Positions 8,978 to 20,348 of a stretch of 64,000 bases of DNA are shown piece after piece. The notes beneath the pieces were generated by a model, which had not been told where the DNA came from, made no database searches, and worked only from the letters and a program-made list of their open reading frames with translations. The position numbers and the translations under genes are program-made. Source of the stretch: an uncultured Bacteroidota bacterium (GTDB lineage: Bacteria; Bacteroidota; Bacteroidia; Bacteroidales; VadinHA17). The stretch covers positions 306,063 to 370,062 of the forward strand of contig CAVYYM010000029.1 in NCBI GenBank assembly GCA_963772715.1, given 5' to 3'. The stretch's first letter is position 1; each line of letters begins with the position of its first letter.

Positions 8978-9796
8978 TTATTTCAACGGTGAATCAGGTT
9001 CATGGGCCATTTCGATATAGTAGCCTCTGTCGACCGTATTCGGAAGGATCCTCTGGAGAAGGGCCGTGAGCTTGCCTATAAATGGAAGTATCTTGGTCCT
9101 CTTCCTTTTTCTGATCCCCTTGAGCATACATTTTGCGACAAATTCAGGGGTCATGAGCTTTTCTTCCTCTCTTGGCGAGCTTCCCTGCTCAGAACCATCT
9201 GCCAGGAGCGCATGCCTTCTTATTTCGGATGAAGTAAATCCGGGAGCGATGATCATGACATGAAGGCCTTTTTTCAGGTTTTCGATCCTGATCGTTTCCA
9301 GGAATCCGTGCATGGCGAACTTCGATGCCGAGTATCCTGTTCTTCCGGGCAGTCCGTGAAATCCTGCAACAGATGAAACGCCTACCAGTGAACCCTTGTT
9401 TGCCACCAGGTATGGAAGTGCATATTTTGTGCAATATACCGTTCCCCAGAAGTTCACATCCATCAGCTTATGGAGCACTTTCAGATCCACATCATCAAAA
9501 ACCGCTCTCATGGAGACGCCGGCATTGTTGATCAGTATATTTATGGTTCCGTACTTCTCGACCGTTTTTCTGACAAGGTTACGGCAATCCTCTTCCTTTT
9601 CCACATCCGTCACCACATAGCTTGCCTCCTGATTCAGGGCTTTTATTTCTGCAACCAGAGCTGTAAGCTTTTCCTCCGATCTGGCGCCAAGCATCACTTT
9701 GCTGCCATTGGCGGCAAATTCACGTGCTGTTGCAGCTCCTATGCCGTATGAGGCACCAGTTATGATAACCACTTTATCCCTGAAAAATTCCTTCAT
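8978..9796 (-). CDS. SDR family oxidoreductase
   Basis: TGASYGIG, NNAG and YSASK motifs. Confidence 0.92.
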   Translation of the reverse strand: MKEFFRDKVVIITGASYGIGAATAREFAANGSKVMLGARSEEKLTALVAEIKALNQEASYVVTDVEKEEDCRNLVRKTVEKYGTINILINNAGVSMRAVFDDVDLKVLHKLMDVNFWGTVYCTKYALPYLVANKGSLVGVSSVAGFHGLPGRTGYSASKFAMHGFLETIRIENLKKGLHVMIIAPGFTSSEIRRHALLADGSEQGSSPREEEKLMTPEFVAKCMLKGIRKRKRTKILPFIGKLTALLQRILPNTVDRGYYIEMAHEPDSPLK

Positions 9797-9920
9797 GAGC
9801 TTTGACAGTTACACAATGTGCGAAAATATGATTAATTATCGGCTGACGAAATATTTCAATGGATTTCGGAGATGTTATGAAAAAGAAATAATATATACTT
9901 GTATAAAATTAATTTTAATA

Positions 9921-9928
9921 TACCTTTG
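9921..9928 (+). promoter_or_regulatory. Bacteroidetes -7 element (TACCTTTG) upstream of tRNA-Lys
   Basis: TAnnTTTG match 20 bp upstream of the tRNA. Confidence 0.65.
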
Positions 9929-9948
9929 CACTCGCAAAAACAGGGAAT

Positions 9949-10021
9949 GATTTAGTAGCTCAGCTGGTAGAGCACATCCCTTTTAAGGATGGGGTCCTGG
10001 GTTCGAATCCCAGCTAGATCA
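9949..10021 (+). tRNA. tRNA-Lys (anticodon TTT)
   Basis: Acceptor stem GATTTAG/CTAGATC, D arm GCTCAGCTGGTAGAGC, anticodon arm CATCC-CTTTTAA-GGATG, T loop GTTCGAATC; CCA not encoded. Confidence 0.95.
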
Positions 10022-10022
10022 C

Positions 10023-10047
10023 GAGGCAGCCAATGGCTGCCTTTTTC
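10023..10047 (+). terminator. Intrinsic terminator after tRNA-Lys
   Basis: aggcagcca-a-tggctgcct inverted repeat followed by a T run. Confidence 0.7.
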
Positions 10048-10124
10048 ATTTGCAGGTACAATGCCCCGCGGCATGCTGGCCCCTTCGCTAAAATTGCCCA
10101 CAGGGCAATTTTTTCGCTCGGTCC

Positions 10125-10148
10125 GGGTTCGAATCCCAGCTAGATCAC
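10125..10148 (+). repeat. Exact 24-bp duplicate of the tRNA-Lys 3' end (att-like)
   Basis: gggttcgaatcccagctagatcac is identical to 9999-10022. Confidence 0.9.
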
Positions 10149-10192
10149 AAAGACAGGATGAGAGTGAAAGCCAGAGCATTACTCTCATTTTT

Positions 10193-10663
10193 TCATTTCG
10201 AGAGAACCGGTATCTGCCTGTTTATTGATTCTTCAAGAGAGATAAGGGTTTCAGTCCTGACGATACCCGGAATATTCTGGATCTTTTCCGTAAGGATATC
10301 CTTCAGGTGCTCATTATTCCTGGTATAGACTTTGATGAACAAAGAGTAATTACCAGTGGTATAATGACATTCTATGATCTCCGGTATTTCCTTAAACCGC
10401 TTAACAACCTCCCGGAAATGGCCGGGATGCTCAAGGAAGATGCCAATATAGGCACATGTGTGAAAACCCACGAGTACAGGATCGACCTTGAACTCAGAGC
10501 CTTTAATGACTCCCAGCTTGATCAGTCTCTGAACACGCTGATGGATCGCAGCTCCGGAAACACCGCAATCCCTTGCAACTTCAAGGTAAGGAATCCTCGC
10601 ATTCTTCGTTATGATATCCAATATCTTCCTGTCGAGGTCGTCGATGTGTAAAATTTCAGCCAT
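10193..10663 (-). CDS. Lrp/AsnC family transcriptional regulator
   Basis: IDDLDRKIL...NARIPYLEVARDCGVSGAAIHQRV HTH; ECHYTTGNYS ligand-binding domain. Confidence 0.92.
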   Translation of the reverse strand: MAEILHIDDLDRKILDIITKNARIPYLEVARDCGVSGAAIHQRVQRLIKLGVIKGSEFKVDPVLVGFHTCAYIGIFLEHPGHFREVVKRFKEIPEIIECHYTTGNYSLFIKVYTRNNEHLKDILTEKIQNIPGIVRTETLISLEESINRQIPVLSK

Positions 10664-10770
10664 AATTTGATTTCTAATTAACAAAACTATATAACCGGAC
10701 AGCTATCTTTAAAAAACTCAAGCAAAAGATAAGGAAAATTTTCCGGATTGACAAATTGAAGAGTAAACAT

Positions 10771-10805
10771 AAGGTTCAGGGCACACGGTGCATGGTAGAA
10801 GGTAA
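10771..10805. repeat. Degenerate heptamer array (ANGGTNN), 5 copies
   Basis: aaggttc agggcac acggtgc atggtag aaggtaa, immediately downstream of the pyrD stop; same unit family as 41354-41411. Confidence 0.6.
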
Positions 10806-10808
10806 TTA

Positions 10809-11720
10809 TTATTTGTTTATGAAGCCGATAATTTCCTTTATATCGGAGAAACCCCGGGAGATGAGGTATTTTTCAATGCCTTCCAGTATCTTCACCGAAG
10901 CCTGAGGATCTATAAATGAAGCTGTTCCCACCTGAACCGCAGAAGCTCCGGCTAGTATGAATTCAAGAGCGTCGTTTGACGACATGATCCCTCCGATGCC
11001 TATTACCGGTATCCTGACAGCCTTTGCCACCTGCCATACCATTCTCAGAGCAACCGGCTTCACGGCAGGACCGGACAATCCGCCCGTGATCGTCGACAGG
11101 GCTGGTTTCATCCTTCTGACATCCACTGCCATTCCCAGAAGGGTATTGATAAGGGAGATCGAATCGGCACCCTCCTGCTCCACTGCCAGTGCAAAATCGA
11201 CTATGTTCGTGACGTTTGGCGAGAGCTTGACAATAAGCTTTTTCGAATAGACATTCCTGACAGCCTTTGTGACCTCCCTGGCAGAATCCAGGTTTGTTCC
11301 GAAGGCCATTCCTCCCATTCTGACATTCGGGCACGATATGTTCAACTCGATTGCCGGTATCTTGTCAAGCCTGTTTATTCTGTCTGCAAGAGCCACATAA
11401 TCATCTATATAGCTCCCGTTTATATTCACGATTACGTTGGTTTTATAAGCAGAGACCTGTGGATATATGTTCTTTTCGAAATAATCTATCCCCTTGTTCT
11501 GAAGTCCTACAGAGTTCAGCATCCCGGAGGGTGTCTCAGCCATCCTTGGATATGGATTTCCCTCCCTTGGTTCCATTGTGGTGCCTTTTACTATTATGCC
11601 TCCCAGGCGCGAAACATCAAGGAAATCGTCGAATTCGGAGCCATAGCCAAACGTTCCCGACGCTGTTAGGACGGGATTCCTGAAGTGCAGATCGCCTATT
11701 GAAAAACCAAGATTCACCAT
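10809..11720 (-). CDS. pyrD: Dihydroorotate dehydrogenase B, catalytic subunit
   Basis: [28 protein letters not shown] and GGLSG motifs. Confidence 0.95.
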   Translation of the reverse strand: MVNLGFSIGDLHFRNPVLTASGTFGYGSEFDDFLDVSRLGGIIVKGTTMEPREGNPYPRMAETPSGMLNSVGLQNKGIDYFEKNIYPQVSAYKTNVIVNINGSYIDDYVALADRINRLDKIPAIELNISCPNVRMGGMAFGTNLDSAREVTKAVRNVYSKKLIVKLSPNVTNIVDFALAVEQEGADSISLINTLLGMAVDVRRMKPALSTITGGLSGPAVKPVALRMVWQVAKAVRIPVIGIGGIMSSNDALEFILAGASAVQVGTASFIDPQASVKILEGIEKYLISRGFSDIKEIIGFINK

Positions 11721-12481
11721 TTCAACTCGTTAATATTGAATACCGGACCATCAGTGCATGTGCACAGGTTGCCTCTAACCGTATCGACAACACAGCACAG
11801 ACAGGCTCCTATGCCACATCCCATCAGGTTTTCCAATGATACTTCACATTCAATGTTCCTTTGCCTGCAATATTCTGCAACAGCTTTCATCATCGGGTCG
11901 GGTCCGCAGCAATAGACCATGTCATATTTTGCAGACCTCAGCATCGGGTGATCTGTCAGGAATCCTTTTTCACCCGCTGAGCCATCCTCGGTTGTAAGAA
12001 AAACCTCACCAAGCTCCGCATATTCTTCATATTCAATAATCCGGCCCTTATTGCGAAATCCGAGCAAAATATCAGGTGTGAAGCCATTTGCCTTCAGGTG
12101 CCTGGCCATAAACAGCAGAGGAGCTATTCCGCATCCGCCGCCTGCCAGGAGCGGTTTACGGCCTTCAGGAGGCAGGGAGAATGAATTTCCAAGAGGGAAA
12201 ATAATATTAAGGGAATCGTCACTTTTAAGCTTTGAGAGCGTCTCAGTGCCCTTTCCGGCAATCTGGATGAGGAATTTGACTCTGTTCTTTACCGTATTTA
12301 CATCATGGATTGAAATTGGTCTGCGAAGAAAGGTCTCAGGACTTCCCTCCACCTTTACCTGTGCGAACTGTCCCGGCTTCATTTCAGGCAATTTCGCGTC
12401 AGAAGAAAGCTCAAGAGTGAAATATTCGTTATTAAGTCGTTTATTTTCAATAATTCTCAGGCTTTCGATCCGCTTTGTCAT
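11714..12481 (-). CDS. pyrK: Dihydroorotate dehydrogenase electron transfer subunit
   Basis: LRRPISI, GGCGIAP, CGPDPM and [11 protein letters not shown]...C-DGPVF motifs. Confidence 0.95.
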   Translation of the reverse strand: MTKRIESLRIIENKRLNNEYFTLELSSDAKLPEMKPGQFAQVKVEGSPETFLRRPISIHDVNTVKNRVKFLIQIAGKGTETLSKLKSDDSLNIIFPLGNSFSLPPEGRKPLLAGGGCGIAPLLFMARHLKANGFTPDILLGFRNKGRIIEYEEYAELGEVFLTTEDGSAGEKGFLTDHPMLRSAKYDMVYCCGPDPMMKAVAEYCRQRNIECEVSLENLMGCGIGACLCCVVDTVRGNLCTCTDGPVFNINELKW

Positions 12482-12546
12482 CAGACAATATTTGCCGTAA
12501 ATATAGCTCTAAACATTAATTTCAGAAAATTCAGGAACATATTCTC

Positions 12547-12963
12547 CTATCGTTTTCCAGGGGAGTACTCTTTAAACGAGCCGTCATCGAAGAACCAGAC
12601 TATCCTCTCGAGTACAGGTTTAACATCTTCATTATCAATAGATAAAACATCTAATGATTCACTCTTTTTGTTTATAACAGGCGTTACTTTCAACTTTTTA
12701 TCATCTGGTTCATCCATATTAGCGGATTCGTCAAACAGTTGCTGCATTTCAGGGTCCCTGTACATATTTCCCTTTCCGAATAAAAGCCATTCAACAGACA
12801 GGAACTTGTATTTCTCGAGCATTTTCATCACAAAATCGAGACTTGGCTTGTTTCTGCCTGAAAGAATATGGGAAATTCCGGATGGCTGCACGCCAATTTC
12901 CTCTGCAAGCTGGGCAGATGATTTGTTTTCTGATTTCAGGAACTGTAAAATACGGTCTTTCAT
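12547..12963 (-). CDS. XRE family HTH protein
   Basis: LAEEIGVQPSGISHILSGRNKPSLDF...EWLLFGKG; C-terminal RIVWFFDDGSFKEY. Confidence 0.88.
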   Translation of the reverse strand: MKDRILQFLKSENKSSAQLAEEIGVQPSGISHILSGRNKPSLDFVMKMLEKYKFLSVEWLLFGKGNMYRDPEMQQLFDESANMDEPDDKKLKVTPVINKKSESLDVLSIDNEDVKPVLERIVWFFDDGSFKEYSPGKR

Positions 12964-12979
12964 TGTACAATTCTTTTAT

Positions 12980-13389
12980 TTACAAATGTAAATCACAATA
13001 ACTTTACAAATGTATATTTATTTAATGACATGTGTAATCTGAAAGAAATTTTGTATATTGATATTAATTTAATCTGAATCTATATAATTGATATCCAATA
13101 TATTATAGTAAATACACTATCTGATGCATAACTGTAGTTTAGCCATATATAATACTGGTATATAATAAATTATAATGTATATCTAAATTATAATCTTAAA
13201 AAATGTATGTTCCCAACCTGAAATATCAGCATTAAAATTTAGGATAACCATCTATAATATATTGATTTTGTTGTTATTATTGCAATTCTATAAATTCTGT
13301 GAATATGTTTACATCTGTAACATAATTTATGTGAAATATCTGTGTTACATAAGTGAATTTACAAGCTAAACACGGGTTTACATTTGTAA
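12980..13389. promoter_or_regulatory. AT-rich region bracketed by TTACA-N2-TGTAA palindromes
   Basis: Sites at 12980 (perfect), 13004, 13026, 13309 (perfect), 13345 (weak) and 13378 (perfect); 13021-13320 is about 21% GC by hand count. Confidence 0.7.
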
Positions 13390-13569
13390 TTTCAGATTTT
13401 GTCATCCCTGGAAATACTCAAATCCGTTTTAAATTCATTTTTTGACTTGCTCCCACCCTTTCCGGTCAAATATTGAAATCTCAGGGGGAAAGGAGATCGA
13501 AACGAAGTGAAGATTCCGCTTCAGCGGAAAAGGAGAAAGGGGAAGAGATTGGATAATACTAGAAACGTA

Positions 13570-13667
13570 GACTGGAGACTGAAGACCGAAGATGGAATGG
13601 GGACGGAAGATGGAGAGACGGAAGACGGAAGACGGAAGACGGAAGACGGAAGACGGTGAAGACGGAA
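13570..13667. repeat. Heptamer tandem array GACGGAA
   Basis: Five perfect copies at 13617-13651 plus degenerate copies (gactgga, gactgaa, gaccgaa, gatggaa); lies 12 bp past the stop of the 13680-14240 gene. Confidence 0.9.
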
Positions 13668-13679
13668 GTTGTAGCCGTC

Positions 13680-14240
13680 CTAAAAAGTGAAGCTGATGCG
13701 GAATTCGGGCTGGGAGTAAATGCCGTAATAGTCATTCAGTGCCCATAGAACCATTATATTAAGAGAGGCTCTCCTCCCCAAAGGCTGGCTTATTCCTCCT
13801 CCCAGCAGCGGAACATCTATGAAGGTGCTTTGGGAGTCGAATCCATTGGTATAATCATATTGAAAAAACTCATATTCGCCATGAAGGAAAAAACCCAGAT
13901 GAACTCCCATCGGAAGCATGTTGTTAAGATCTTTAATGATTACAAACTGCGAATAAACCCGGCCGCCATAAATATTCGCCTTTTCATCATAATACTTGAG
14001 ATATCTGAATTCCGGCCCTGCAGCTATGTTCAACCTTGGAAGAACCCACAATCCGATTATCGGAGAAATGTCAATGTCTGTATAGGTTCCGAACATTAAA
14101 CCAAGGCTCCCGCCGAAGAAGAGCCTCTCTCTCAGCGGAGGCTTCTCATCTCTGGCATTCTGTGCCAAAACAGCTGCAAATGAGATATTAAGAAGAAGGA
14201 GGACAACAACAATACGGGCCAGTGATTTCGGTTTCAACAT
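13680..14240 (-). CDS. Hypothetical protein, likely small outer-membrane beta-barrel
   Basis: Signal peptide, alternating beta-strand pattern, C-terminal RISFTF. Confidence 0.7.
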   Translation of the reverse strand: MLKPKSLARIVVVLLLLNISFAAVLAQNARDEKPPLRERLFFGGSLGLMFGTYTDIDISPIIGLWVLPRLNIAAGPEFRYLKYYDEKANIYGGRVYSQFVIIKDLNNMLPMGVHLGFFLHGEYEFFQYDYTNGFDSQSTFIDVPLLGGGISQPLGRRASLNIMVLWALNDYYGIYSQPEFRISFTF

Positions 14241-14309
14241 TTTTATAACTTTGATGCAGTGTTACAAATAAACGAAAAAATCCGACCTTATAATATAACC
14301 TGACCAAAA

Positions 14310-15001
14310 ATGAATGTAATCGTAAACGGAGGCACAAGGGGAATTGGCAAAGAGATCGTTCTTCTGCTGGCAAAGGAAAAAAGCAATAAAGTGCTTGTGA
14401 CAGGCAGGAACGGGAAAATCCTGCAGCGCCTCTCCTCAGGAGCCGTACATAAAAATATAGCCACCGTGGTGGTCGACCTTTCGAAATTTGACAGTCAGCA
14501 GGTATCATTTCTGAAGGCAGTGTCAAAAACCTTGAAAAATGTTGATATTCTTATCAATACAGCCGGATCGATTACAGTTAATGACTTCATGAAGTTCTCC
14601 AATGAAATGGCAAGGGAGATGATGGAGACAAATTTTTTCGGTCCTGCTTCGGTAATAAGAACACTCAGACCCCTTATGAATAAGGGAGCGCATATTGTCA
14701 ATATTTCAAGCATGGGAGGCTATCAGGGCAGCTCAAAATACAGGGGTCTTTCCTATTACAGCGCCTCAAAAGCGGCTATATCGTGCCTGTCGGAATGCCT
14801 TGCAGAGGAATTCAGCGGTACGGGGATCTCGGTAAACTGCCTTGCCCTGGGAGCTGTGCAGACTGAGATGTTCGAACAGGCTTTTCCAGGCAGTCAGGCC
14901 CCTGTAAGCGCCAGGAAGATGGCGGAGTTCATTGTGGATTTTGCGCTGAATGGCAACAGGTTCTTCAATGGAAAGGTTCTGCCGGTGGCGATATCAAATC
15001 C

Positions 15002-15005
<4 letters not shown>
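14310..15005 (+). CDS. SDR family oxidoreductase
   Basis: GGTRGIG, NISSMGG and YSASK motifs. Confidence 0.9.
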
Positions 15006-16117
<1,112 letters not shown>

Positions 16118-16130
16118 AAACAATTGTTTT

Positions 16131-17040
16131 TTAAGCCTGTGCCATCAGGCATGACAGGGCAATGCAATAATATTTGGATCTTTCACTTTCGCTTCTTGAC
16201 ATTACAACAACCGGTTTCCTTGTTCCTCTTATAAGTCCTGCAATCTCACCTTTAGCAAAGAGCATGAGCGCTTTATAGAAAGGATTGGCAGACTCAAGTG
16301 ACGGGAAGAGGAGGATATCGGCATCGCCATCCACCGGTGTATCGACACCCTTGATCTCAACGCTCTTTCTGTCGCATGCCAGGAAGAGATCAAGAGGTCC
16401 ATCCATTATGCAGTTTTTAATTCTTCCGTCTTTTGCCATATTGCACATTTCAGCATAGTCGGCGGTGTTAGGAAAATGGCGGCTCATCTTTTCTGATGCG
16501 CCTATCAGCGCAATCCTGGGCTTTTCTATCCCGAATTTACGTGCCATTTCGATGGCATACTCTGCCATGGCGATCTTCTGGCCAAGATCCGGAAAAGGAA
16601 TGACAGCCAGATCTGTAAGAAACAGAAGCTTATGATAATCAGGTATCTCTACTGCTCCGACATAGGCTGAGTGTGGCTCCGGGAATCATAAGGCCATTCT
16701 CTTTATCCATCACTGCCTTCAGGAATTTGTCGGTCCCGATCAATCCCTTCATCACGATGTCAGCTTCTCCTGAAACTGCAAGCCTTACGGCTTCCGCAGC
16801 AGAATCTGTTTCATTATCAGCTGAAACGATACTGAAAAGAGAATGATCAATATTGTTTTCCGTGCACAGCTTTCTTATCGCAGAAGGATCTCCGATCATT
16901 ATTGCTTCTGCAAAGCCCTCTTTTACAGCTTTATTAACAGCTCCGATTGTATTCGAATCCTGTGCCCATGCGATGGCAATCCTCTGCTTCCTCTCCAGAG
17001 AAAGAACCTTCTCAACCATCTGATCGAGGGACCGGATCAT
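16131..17040 (-). CDS. ptb: Phosphate acyltransferase (phosphate butyryltransferase-like) copy 2, frameshifted
   Basis: ADIVMKG in the N-terminal ORF; DGPLD, DADILLFPSLESAN and VVMSRS in the C-terminal ORF. Confidence 0.8.
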
Positions 17041-17047
17041 AGCATGA

Positions 17048-17949
17048 TTATTTGCTGGCTGCAGCAGACAACAGGATACTGATCGTATTTCGCCTGCTCT
17101 GAATCGGATCTTGAAGTCAGAACAATGGGGACCCTGGCACCAAGTATGACTGCAGCCACCTTTGCCCTGGCAAAGAAAACGAGCGATTTGTACAGCACAT
17201 TTCCTACCTCAATGTCTGGCATAAGCAGAAGGTCGGTATCCCCGGCTACTTCACTCCGGATACCTTTAAGCTTAGCGCTTTCCAGGCTGACTGCGTTATC
17301 GAAGGCCAGGGGGCCGTCAATGATGCAGTTCCTTATCTGGTCGCGTTGATTCATCTTGGAGAGAAGGCTGCATCGAGTGTGGCTTCCATGCTTTCATTCA
17401 CCATTTCAACGGCGCCCAGGATTGCGACTTTTGGCATAACATAACCAAGCTTAATAAGGCAATACAGAGTTATTGATAATTGCTATCTTATCTTTCAGAT
17501 TTGGTGCGATGTTCATTGCCACATCAGTAACAGCGATGACCTTGTGGTATGTTTCAACTTCGAAAAGGGCAAAGTGGGAAAGGAGATTGCCTGTACGCAG
17601 ATCCCCACTCCTTATTCAAGACATACTTCAGCAATGTGGATGTGCCTATCTTTCCTTTCATCAGGACATCAGCCTGCTTGTTGTTCACCATTTTGACAGA
17701 CATCTCGACGGCCATCTCCATATCGGGTTCATGGATGATCCTAACTCCCGTAATGTCATAATTATTTGCCGTGCATATATTCTGGATGCTTTCCTTATCG
17801 CCGACAAGTATAGGTTCGATAATGTTATCTTTCCATGCTCGTACGACGGCTCCCAGTGAATGCTGGTCCTGGGCAGCGGCAAGCACCAGTTTCCTCATTG
17901 GACCTCCTGCAACAATCGCCTTGAGGTCTGAAAGGGTCTTTAATACCAT
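17048..17949 (-). CDS. ptb: Phosphate butyryltransferase copy 1, frameshifted
   Basis: LAAAQD, ADVLMKG, DGPLAFDNAVS, PDIEVGN and PIVLTSRSD across several frames. Confidence 0.82.
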
Positions 17950-17971
17950 TTATACAGTGTTTAGGTTTATA

Positions 17972-19183
17972 TTAAACTCTTTGTTGCTCAACAATCGAAC
18001 GTGTATCGGATGCAATAACGAATTCCTCGTCAGTTGTAACTGCCATCACAGTTACTTTTGATTCAGGTTTTGAAAGCACGATGTCACATCCTCTTGATCC
18101 CTTGTTCTTCTCGTCGTCAAAGATGATCCCGAGTCCCTCCATATCCGCACAGATCATTCTCCTCATATTGAAATCATTTTCCCCGATACCTCCGGTGAAC
18201 ACAATAACATCAACGCCATTCAGGGCGGCAATATATGAACCTATGAATTTCTTAGCCTTGTAAGCATACATTTTAAGGGCTAAAATCGCTTTTTTATTGC
18301 CTGCTTCGGCGGCAGTTTCCAGGTCGCGCATATCGGAAGATATCTGGGAGATACCGAATACGCCGCTCTTCTTATTGATCATATTTGCAACACCGGTCAC
18401 ATTAAGATGTTCTTTATCAGCTATATATACCAGGACCCCGGGATCCACCTCGCCGGTTCGGGTTCCCATTATCAATCCGTCAGTAGGGGTAAATCCCATC
18501 GATGTATCAACTGATAATCCATTCTTGACAGCAGTTATCGAAGCTCCGTTCCCAAGGTGGCAAGTAATTATCTTAAGGTTTTTAATGTCTTTGCCCAGTA
18601 TTTTTGCAGCCTTGCCTGCGATAAACTTGTGGCTGGTTCCGTGGTACCCGTATTTTCTTATTTTGTATTTATCGTAATATTCATAAGGAATTGCGTACAT
18701 ATATGCATAATCAGGCATTGTCTGATGGAAAGATGTATCAAAGACTGCAACCTGAGGAACCCCCGGGATCAGCTTCTCTACCGAAAGTATACCTTTCAGG
18801 TTGGCAGGATTATGCAGCGGAGCCAGTTCGATGCATTGCTCGATTGTTTTCTTCACATCATTATCGATGAGCACACTTTCCTTGTAAGCCTCACCCCCGT
18901 TAACCACCCTGTGTCCGACTGCCTTGATCTCGTTGACGCTCTTTATCACACCATGCTCCGGATCGCAAAGCACATCCATCACCATATTAATGCCTGTAGT
19001 ATGATCGGGTATATCGGTTATAAGCTTATAGGGTTCTCCTCCCGTGGGTTTATGAGTAAGAATGCTTTCATTCAGTCCGATGCGTTCCAGAAGCCCTTTT
19101 GCAAGCATTTCGTATCCGTCGGACATGTCGAATATCTGGTACTTGATCGAAGAACTGCCGCAGTTTAAAACCAGAATTATCAT
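17972..19183 (-). CDS. ackA: Acetate kinase
   Basis: LNCGSSSIK, GHRVV, APLHNP, GYHGTSH, HLGNG and FTGGIGEN motifs. Confidence 0.95.
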   Translation of the reverse strand: MIILVLNCGSSSIKYQIFDMSDGYEMLAKGLLERIGLNESILTHKPTGGEPYKLITDIPDHTTGINMVMDVLCDPEHGVIKSVNEIKAVGHRVVNGGEAYKESVLIDNDVKKTIEQCIELAPLHNPANLKGILSVEKLIPGVPQVAVFDTSFHQTMPDYAYMYAIPYEYYDKYKIRKYGYHGTSHKFIAGKAAKILGKDIKNLKIITCHLGNGASITAVKNGLSVDTSMGFTPTDGLIMGTRTGEVDPGVLVYIADKEHLNVTGVANMINKKSGVFGISQISSDMRDLETAAEAGNKKAILALKMYAYKAKKFIGSYIAALNGVDVIVFTGGIGENDFNMRRMICADMEGLGIIFDDEKNKGSRGCDIVLSKPESKVTVMAVTTDEEFVIASDTRSIVEQQRV

Positions 19184-19210
19184 TATCTGAAATATGTATT
19201 TATAATACTT

Positions 19211-20220
19211 CTATTTTTTCACTCCTGCAGCCTGATTAGCTGCAATTGCTATCATGCAGACAATGTCATTCACTGAGCATCCGCGGGAGAGATCATTTAT
19301 CGGTGCTGCCATTCCCTGAAGAATCGGCCCGATAGCTTCAGCGTGAGCAAGGCGCTGAACGAGCTTATATGCAATGTTTCCGCAGTTGAGGTCAGGGAAT
19401 ATAAGAACATTGGCCTTACCTGCAATTTTGCTTCCCGGAGCTTTCTTCTGTCCTATAGATTCGACAAGGGCTGCATCGCCCTGAAGTTCGCCTTCGATCA
19501 TAATGTCGGGAGCCATCTGCTTGGCGATAGCGGCTGCGCTTATGACTTTGTCGACCAGCTCATGTTTTGCACTGCCCTTTGTGGAGAAGCTGAGGAGAGC
19601 TACTTTAGGCTCGAATCCGCAGAACGTCCTTGCGGTATGAGCTGTTGCAACTGCAATTTCTGCAAGTTGCTTGTCTGTCGGATCAGGGATGAACGCGCTG
19701 ATCTGCAAAAATGAGAATTCCATTTTCGCCAAAGCTCTTATCCTGGAGTATCATAATAAAAGCTCCTGAAACAACTGAAATTCCCGGGGCAGTTTTGACA
19801 TAGTGGAATGCAGGCCTGCAGCACATCTCCCGTTGCATGGTCAGCTCCTGAAACTTCTCCGTCGGCATCACCGTTCTTAATCATCAGAACACCAAGATAA
19901 AGAGGATCCTCGATCAGCTTTGAAGCCTCTTCAGTGGTCATTCCCTTGCTCTTCCGGAGCTCTACCATCATATCGATATAATGCTGTTTTCTTGCATGCG
20001 ACTTAGGATCAACAAATGTGGCTTTTCCAAGATTCGTCAGTCCCAGCTTTGCTGCATGAGCCTTTATTTCAGCAGGATCACCGAGTAGGATAATCTGAGC
20101 CAATCCCTCTGCAATTGCAATATCAGCCGCTTTTATTGTTCTTTCCTCATAACCTTCCGGAAGCACAATTCTTTTGTTATGTTTCCTTGCATTCTGTTTG
20201 ATACTATCCAATAATTCCAT
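19211..20220 (-). CDS. pta: Phosphate acetyltransferase, frameshifted
   Basis: RIVLPEG, LSFSTKGSA, GELQGDAA and NDLSRGC motifs split over several frames. Confidence 0.9.
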
Positions 20221-20348
20221 TGATATTCAGTAGTTTAAGTAGTTCGAGATCTTTTTCTAAATGTACGAAAAAAAAAATCTATTAAACAACCATTAAAATC
20301 ATGATTGTGTGAAAGTTCTTTATTTTTAAATTAGCAGGTCTAAAATCT

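Noticed and set aside
9952-10228. Short ORFs over the tRNA region
   Set aside because: Shadows of tRNA-Lys and its duplicated 3' end.
13165-13264. dif-like fragments (ATAA-TGTATA; ATTTAGGATAA)
   Set aside because: Only one arm or the spacer matches in each case, which is expected by chance in ~21% GC sequence.
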